Shown here: one piece after another, positions 1 to 5,467 of the stretch
Layout of the letters: every line of letters starts with the position of its first letter
How positions within the stretch are numbered: position 1 is the first letter of the stretch
From: Octopus sinensis
Lineage: Eukaryota
Direction: 5' to 3'
Length of the DNA stretch: 5,467 nucleotides
Assembly: GCF_006345805.1 (NCBI RefSeq)
Contig: NW_021830010.1
Span: forward strand, 1 to 5,467
Made by a program: the position numbers and the translations under genes
Notes under the pieces: model-generated
Database searches by the model: none
What the model was told of the DNA's origin: nothing
What the model saw: the letters and a program-made list of their open reading frames with translations, nothing else

Positions 1-27
1 ACATAAATATGTATATAGTATATGTAT
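1..27. repeat. TA-rich low-complexity sequence, probably the edge of another (TA)n array
   Basis: acataaatatgtatatagtatatgtat has the same character as the 1752-3433 array and is cut by the window edge. Confidence 0.5.
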
Positions 28-401
28 AAAGTCTCGTTCCTGAGAGACTTTGTCGCATGCAATCAAGCCTTATGCATAGCACTCACAGAAACGCATCTGA
101 ACCGGACATAGCAGATGCGAATTACACATACCACAGTATGTTGTACTACGGACCGACAGGAAAGAAAGGAGTCATGGAGGAGTTGCTATGTACATCCGTG
201 GGGACCTCACACCCCAGGTCCTTTTGTCATACTCAAACTCGGTGTGTGACACACTAATTGTACACATAAGGCAACTTGATGTAGTTGTGTGTGCTACATA
301 TCACCCTCCAGATGCCCCAAGTCATATGGGCAAGTTTGAGGACTGCCTTTTAAAAATAGAAGAAGTTCTAACCACATTAGAACAACACATAAGTGTACTT
401 C
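28..401 (+). pseudogene. LINE ORF2 apurinic-like (APE/EEP) endonuclease fragment, 5'-truncated and frameshifted
   Basis: Joining frames across single-base deletions near 100 and 119 gives KVSFLRDFVACNQALCIALTETHL-KPDIADAELHIPQYVVLRTDRKERSHGGVAMYIRGDL...VVCATYHPP...EQHISVL. This contains the LINE APE motifs IALTETHL, R-x-DR...GGVA-x-Y and Y-x-PP. It ends just before the expected GDFN motif. Confidence 0.9.
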
Positions 402-1004
402 GATAAAGTCGATCATGGAATGATATGTCACAAACTGCGTGATCTTGGCATAGTTGGAAAACTAGGAGAATGGCTTCACGACTTTCTGAAGAATAGAAGT
501 CAGGTGGTAGAAGTCAGGTGGTAGTAGCCAATGGGGCCACTTCCATTAGCACGCAAATAGTGAGCGGTGTTCCACAGGGCACTGTTTTGGGACCACTACT
601 GTTTCATAATGGCCCTCTCAGATGCATGCTCAGCCACGCGGAGAGCCACGATCACAAGTTATGCAGATGATACAAAAGTTTCACAGGCATACAGAACCTG
701 AAGACACTAAGCACCTGCAATATGAGCTGGACGAAATATACAAGTGGGCTGAAAAGAATAGCATGCAGTTCAATGCTGAAAAGTTTCAACTTTATACTAT
801 CAGCATGCAAACTGAATGCAATACCCAAGGAATACACTGGACGGAGGGATTGCAATCCCAGAGGCACAATCAGTGCGTGACCTGGGTATTCACATGAGTG
901 ATGACGCGACCTTTCATGTACATGTTGCTAAACTGACAATGAAATGCAGACAGCTGGCTGGCTGGATTCTTAGAACCTTTAGAACAAGAGAACAAGAAAC
1001 CATG
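398..1004 (+). pseudogene. LINE ORF2 reverse transcriptase core fragment, frameshifted
   Basis: FDKVDHGMICHKLRDLGIVGKLGEWLHDFLKNRSQ; GVPQGTVLGP (GVPQG at 566-580); YADD at 660-671; WAEKNSMQFNAEKF; VRDLGIHMSDD...AGWILRTF. Near-identical to the reverse complement of 4060-4641. Confidence 0.93.
494..524 (+). repeat. 14-bp tandem duplication (TAGAAGTCAGGTGG)x2 plus TAG
   Basis: 494-507 equals 508-521. The homologous - strand copy (~4530-4545) has only one unit. The duplication frameshifts the RT. Confidence 0.92.
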
Positions 1005-1006
1005 TA

Positions 1007-1290
1007 GTACAATTAGTGTGTCACACACCGAGTTTGAGTATGACAAAAGGACCTGGGGTGTGAGGTCCCCCCGGATGTACATAGCAACTCCTCCATGACT
1101 CCTTTCTTTCCTGTCGGTCCGTAGTACAACATACTGTGGTATGTGTAATTCCGCATCTGCTATGTCCGGTTTCAGATGCGTTTCTGTGAGTGCTATGCAT
1201 AAGGCTTGATTGCATGCAACAAAAGTCTGTCAGGAACGGGACTTTTGTCCTGTACTGGTGTTAGTAGTCCTTGATGTTCAGTAGGAGAAT
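1007..1290 (-). pseudogene. LINE ORF2 endonuclease N-terminus, frameshifted and 3'-truncated
   Basis: APE first motif LLLNIK(G) at ~1269-1290, then ALTETHL and RTDRKERSHGGVAMYIR. Truncated at 1007. Confidence 0.88.
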
Positions 1291-1751
1291 CAGGTGAGGT
1301 GAGGTGTATGCTGTTGCCGGCGGTGTCCACCTGAGGTCCATCTGCTGTCGGCGTCTTGTGAACTGTGGGCAGTTCCATCTGCGAGCCTGAGCCTGATGGT
1401 GCCAGGTAGCTGTTGTACAATCTTTTGTGCCATGCACAAAAAAGATTCCTGCTCAGCAGCTACCCTTTCAACAACACGTTGGTGGTTTGTGGTACGCACC
1501 ACATCTGCGTACCTCCGTTTTGGGGCAGGTGATGCGTGGTCCATCCCATTTCCTTTCGGTGGTTGGTTTTTGTGGCAGGGTCCCGGATGTGCAAAGCGGC
1601 AGCCTGCAACTTCCTCTCCATGCCGGCAGGCACCATTCAGGTAGAACCTACATACCCGTGTGCGCTGCTTGTTTCCATCCTTTTTGGCATATGGATAGTT
1701 AGGTTTGCCCTCATCCCTGGCTGCCTTGCCCCTTGGTTTTGTCTGAGTTTT
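1290..1751 (-). pseudogene. Putative LINE ORF1 C-terminal portion with a CCCH-type zinc finger
   Basis: CRFYLNGACRHGEEVAGCRFAH (C-x7-C-x8-C-x3-H) at 1587-1652 within a basic, low-complexity reading frame. It lies directly upstream of and co-oriented with the endonuclease start. The ATG at 1757 in the ORF track comes from the microsatellite, so the true start is missing. Confidence 0.68.
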
Positions 1752-1804
1752 ATACATATATATATATATATATACAATATTATATATATATATATATACT
1801 ATAT

Positions 1805-1849
<45 letters not shown>

Positions 1850-2201
1850 TTATATAATATAATACATATATATATATATATTAGTATATATAAATAATAT
1901 ATATAAGATATATATATATATATATTATATATATATTATATATACACATATAATATATATATATACATATATATATAATTATATATATATAGTATATATA
2001 TTATATATATAGATATATACATATATATATATATAATACATATTATATATATATAGATACAGAATATATACATATATATATATATATATACATATATATA
2101 GAGTATATATATATATATATAATATAAAAATATAATATATAAATACGATATATATATATATATATATATATTATAATATAATATATATTATATTATATAC
2201 A

Positions 2202-2241
<40 letters not shown>

Positions 2242-2606
2242 CATATATTATCTATATACATATATATATATATATATATACAATATATATATATATTATA
2301 CATATATATATATACATATAATATATATATATATACATTATACATATATAATATACATATAATATATATAATAAACATATATAAATATAAATATATATAC
2401 ATATTATATAAATATACTATATATATACATATACATATATATATATAATAGTATATTATCACATATACATATAGACTATACAATATGTATATATATACAT
2501 ATACATATAGATATAAATATATATATATATAGATACATATAACATATATATATAATATTATATATATATAATTATACATATACATATATATATAACATAT
2601 ATATAC

Positions 2607-2641
<35 letters not shown>

Positions 2642-2817
2642 AATACATATATATTATACATATAATATATATAATATATATATACAATTATACATATATA
2701 TACATATACATATATATACTATACATATACATATATATATATACATACATATATATACATATACATATATATACATATATATATATAGAAATATATATAT
2801 ATATACATATAGATATA

Positions 2818-2860
<43 letters not shown>

Positions 2861-3090
2861 ATATATACATATAGATATACATATATTATATATATTACAT
2901 ATATAATATTATATATACGTATATATATAATATATATATAATATATATATATATATTACATATAATATATATATACACATATATATATATATATATAATA
3001 TATATGTATATATACGTATATATATACATATATATATATTATATATATATATATTACCAATATATATTATATACATATAGATACATATAT

Positions 3091-3132
<42 letters not shown>

Positions 3133-3433
3133 TATAGATAATATATATATATTACATATATATATATATAATATATATATATATAATATATATAATATAT
3201 ACATATTTATATATATACATATTTATATATTACATATATATATTATATACATATGTATATATTACATATTTATATATATACATATTTATATATATACATA
3301 TATATATATATACATATTTATATATATATACATATTTACATATATACATATATATATATATTATATATACATATTTATATATATACATATATTATATATA
3401 TATATATATATACATATTATGTATATACATATA
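1752..3433. repeat. ~1.7 kb degenerate (TA)n microsatellite with TACA, TAA and TTA interruptions
   Basis: Almost entirely alternating T/A, with C as the dominant interruption on the + strand. Confidence 0.99.
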
Positions 3434-3446
3434 TGATTGATTGATT
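3434..3446 (-). repeat. LINE 3' terminal tandem-repeat tail (AATC)3
   Basis: The + strand reads tgattgattgatt, located at the end of the 3' UTR and abutting the TA array. Short tandem tails are typical of CR1/L2-group LINEs. Confidence 0.7.
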
Positions 3447-3457
3447 AATTCTAGTTT

Positions 3458-3493
3458 CAGCTTATGAGCTGTGGCCATGCTGGGGCACCGCCA
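3458..3493 (-). other. Two adjacent predicted stem-loops in the LINE 3' UTR (candidate RT recognition signal)
   Basis: The - strand RNA reads UGGCGGUGC-CCCA-GCAUGGCCA (3493-3472; one G.G mismatch, one G-U pair), immediately followed by CAGCU-CAUA-AGCUG (3471-3458), 11 nt before the tail. Confidence 0.5.
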
Positions 3494-3518
3494 TTTGGTG
3501 TTGCTACTTGGTTTCACT

Positions 3519-5467
3519 TCATGGAAGCTTTCTAGCAACTGCTATTTGGTGCATGAGAGAGTTCGATGTAGCTGCCCTCATCTGCCCCTCCTGCCGTGAA
3601 GTTGGTTCATCTGGGACACCTGACAGGAAGAGATCCAGCTCCATTTTAAAGACATCTGTATCCACCCCATGCAGGTCTCTCAGGTTCTTCGGGAGGATAT
3701 TGAATAGCTGTGGGCCTCGGAAGCCCAGGCTATCACAGAATCTTGTCCTACATTTTGATGGCAAGTTTAGTGGTGCCCAGTTCTGGCATTTGCGTAACTC
3801 TCGATGCCAAAGTTCAGGACACTTCCCTCCAGTATCTTCCAGATGTATATTATGGCATATCTTTCCCGCCAACGCTCCAGGGAATATAATTTTAATCTCT
3901 TGAGTCTTTCCCAGTAGCTTACATTCTGCATAGAGGCTATCTTCTTCGTGTAGCTTCGTTGGATCGCCTCAAGTTCTGTGATCAACTTGACACTGGATGG
4001 TGACCATAGCTGAGAGCAATAGTCAAAGTGGCTTAGGACAAGTGTCTTCCAGAGGACGTCATGGTTTCTGTTCTCTTGTTCTAAAGGTTCTAAGAATCCA
4101 TCCAGCCAGCCGTCTGCATTTCATTGTCAGTTTAGCAACATGTACATGAAAGGTCGCGTCATCACTCATGTGAATACCCAGGTCACGCACTGATTGTGCC
4201 TCTGGGATTGCAATCCCTCAGGGTCCAGTGTATTGCATTCAGGTTTGCATGCTGATAGTATTAAAGCTTGAAACTTTTCAGCATTGAACTGCATGCTATT
4301 CTTTTCAGCCCACTTGTATATTTCGTCCAGCTCATATTGCAGGTGCTTAGTGTCTTCAGGGTTCTGTATGCCTGTGAAAATTTTGTATCATCTGCATAAC
4401 TTGTGAGTGGCTCTCCGCGTGGCTGAGGGCATGTCTGAGAGGGCCATTATGAACATAGTGGTCCCAAAACAGTGCCCTGTGGAACACCACTCACATTTGC
4501 GTGCTAATGGAAGTGGCCCCATTGGCTACTACCACCTGACTTCTATTCTTCAGAAAGTCGTGAAGCCATTCTCCTAGTTTTCCAACTATGCCAAGATCAC
4601 GCAGTTTGTGACATATCATTCCATGATCGACTTTATCAAAGGCCTTTGCGAAGTCGAGATATATGCTTCCAACATTTGAGTGGTTGAGCAGTGTTTCAGC
4701 AACCCAGTCATAGTGCTGCAGGAGCTGAGTTACGCAGCTTCTTCCTGGTCGGAAACCATGTGGGTTGTCAGGCAGCAAGTCATTTTCTTCAAGGAAGGTG
4801 ATTAGTTTCCTTCTGACTATTCGTTCCATGACCTTGCTGGTGTGTGAGGTCAGAGAGATAGGTCTGTAGTTCTGGCCTCCGCTCTGCTACCTCCTTTATG
4901 AATAGGGCATATTTTACCTTCCTTCAGTTTTCTTGGAAGTTTGCCAGCTGCAAGGAAGCTCTGAAGAGGAACTGCAGTGGTCTTGCTAAGATTCTACATA
5001 CTTTTAGGAGGATTGCCGGGAATCCATCGGGGCCAATAGCTGAGTCTATTTATTTCATCTATAGCCTTTATTACATCGTCTTCCTTTATATCGATGTAAT
5101 TTATCGTCGCCGCCTCTGATTCTATATCTCCAGTGGTAAAGAAGTCAGTTGGATTGCTGATTTGGAAATGCCCAAGGGGTGGGTGAAACACTCTTGAATT
5201 GTTCATCAGTATTTCACTTGCCCTCATTGGTTTTCCTGTGAGTGTGCCATCCTTTTCAAGGAGGGCCCTATCCTACAGTGCACCGTAGCTGTTTCTTTGG
5301 CATACTGTAAAAGCTCTGGGGTAGTTTTTATGTTTTGTCTATTGGAAATGCCCAAGGGGTGGAGTGAAAACATCTTGAATTGTTCATTCAGTATTTCACT
5401 TACCATCATGGTTTTCCTGTGAGTGTGCCATCCTTTTCAAGGAGTGGCCCTATCCTACAGTGCACCG
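3519..5467 (-). pseudogene. LINE ORF2 (reverse transcriptase) with multiple frameshifts
   Basis: Joined frames give GPDGFPAILLK, ICPIHKGGSR, NYRPISLTSHTSKVMERIV, HGFRPGRSCVTQLL, IYLDFAKAFDKVDH, GVPQGTVLGP, YADD (4387-4398), VRDLGI, LWKTLVLSHFDYCSQLWSP, GPQLFNILP and VPDEP...AATSNSL...KLP-stop. Confidence 0.93.
5162..5467. repeat. ~180-bp-period tandem duplication inside the ORF2 linker
   Basis: 5162-5285 (ttggaaatgcccaaggggtgg...cctacagtgcaccg) recurs at 5342-5467. The second copy is cut by the window edge. Confidence 0.93.

Larger units (their letters stand above)
28..1245. repeat. Inverted repeat pair A: arms 28-263 and 1007-1245 (endonuclease sequence)
   Basis: Manual alignment of 28-263 with the reverse complement of 1007-1245 shows 4 substitutions and 3 single-base indels over ~238 bp. 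The ORF track also gives duplicated peptides (MQSSLMHSTHRNASE, MYIRGDLTPQVLLSYSNSVCDTLIV) on opposite strands. Confidence 0.95.
1007..1751 (-). mobile_element. LINE 5'-region fragment: 3' part of putative ORF1 plus start of the ORF2 endonuclease, broken at an inversion junction
   Basis: Continuous - strand read from the TA array edge through the CCCH-containing ORF into LILLLNIK(G)...TKVPFL...CIALTETHLKPDIADAELHIPQYVVLRTDRKERSHGGVAMYIR...CDTLIV. Confidence 0.85.
398..4641. repeat. Inverted repeat pair B: arms 398-1004 and 4060-4641 (RT sequence)
   Basis: 402-510 and ~845-951 match the reverse complement of the right-hand copy without mismatch. The remaining differences are scattered indels, a few substitutions, a 14-bp duplication and an 11-bp deletion. 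Confidence 0.95.
3434..5467 (-). mobile_element. Non-LTR retrotransposon (LINE, CR1/L2 group) 3' portion with an apparently complete 3' end; continues beyond the right edge of the window
   Basis: ORF2 linker, RT and C-terminal region, stop codon at 3519-3521, ~72 bp 3' UTR and a simple-repeat tail instead of poly(A). There is no RNase H or C-terminal CCHC, and the C-terminal motifs DYCSQLWSP, LEAIQRSYTK and YWERLKRLKLYSLE fit CR1/L2-type ORF2. The clade assignment is from recalled motifs, not a search. Confidence 0.92.

Noticed and set aside
846-859. Perfect 14-bp palindrome GGGATTGCAATCCC (also present in the - copy near 4204-4217)
   Set aside because: It lies inside RT coding sequence (G-I-A-I-P) with no context supporting a regulatory role, so it is likely incidental.
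28-1245. Possible TIR/MITE or foldback DNA transposon defined by the ~240 bp inverted arms
   Set aside because: The arms are LINE endonuclease coding sequence, the right arm continues seamlessly into further LINE sequence past 1245, and there is no transposase or target-site duplication.
1376-1378. ATG (MELPTVHK...) as the ORF2 start overlapping the ORF1 end
   Set aside because: It is plausible, but indels between it and the LLLNIK motif prevent assigning frames or the ORF1/ORF2 boundary without a consensus.
3424-3433. TATATGTATA next to the 3' tail as a target-site duplication matching 1751-1760
   Set aside because: The geometry is wrong because both copies lie downstream of the tailed element, and the motif is very common throughout the array.
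1752-3444. Ile/Tyr-rich ORFs (2193-2624, 2688-2882, 3253-3444 and the tail of 1536-1862)
   Set aside because: These are translation artefacts of the (TA)n microsatellite.
398-4830. Prokaryotic RT system (retron, group II intron, DGR, CRISPR-associated RT)
   Set aside because: The RT is linked to an APE endonuclease, has non-LTR C-terminal motifs and a tandem-repeat tail, and sits in eukaryote-like microsatellite DNA. Differences between repeats are not adenine-specific as in a DGR, and there is no repeat-spacer array.
3508-5119. + strand ORFs 3508-3903 and 4898-5119 (also 1396-1644, 1427-1702 and the - strand 652-867)
   Set aside because: They are antisense shadows of LINE coding sequence with no recognisable motifs.

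Overview
Eukaryotic repeat-derived DNA with no intact host gene and no prokaryotic system. The window holds several closely related, frameshifted pieces of one non-LTR retrotransposon (LINE; APE endonuclease plus reverse transcriptase, most consistent with the CR1/L2 group) arranged around a ~1.7 kb degenerate (TA)n microsatellite. Left to right: TA-rich edge (1-27); endonuclease fragment on + (28-401) fused directly to an RT-core fragment on + (398-1004); an inversion junction; a - strand piece with the endonuclease N-terminus (1007-~1290) and an ORF1-like segment with a CCCH zinc finger (1290-1751); (TA)n (1752-3433); and a - strand LINE 3' half (3434-5467) with ORF2, stop codon, a short structured 3' UTR, an (AATC)3 tail and a ~180 bp internal tandem duplication. 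This creates two long inverted-repeat pairs (28-263/1007-1245 and 398-1004/4060-4641). The very long TA array with this LINE type is reminiscent of SSR-rich invertebrate genomes such as decapod crustaceans, but that is only an impression. The most interesting points are the fold-back LINE mosaic with microhomology junctions, the CCCH-finger ORF1, and the fact that every visible free LINE end abuts (TA)n. I see no convincing evidence of a wholly new biological system.
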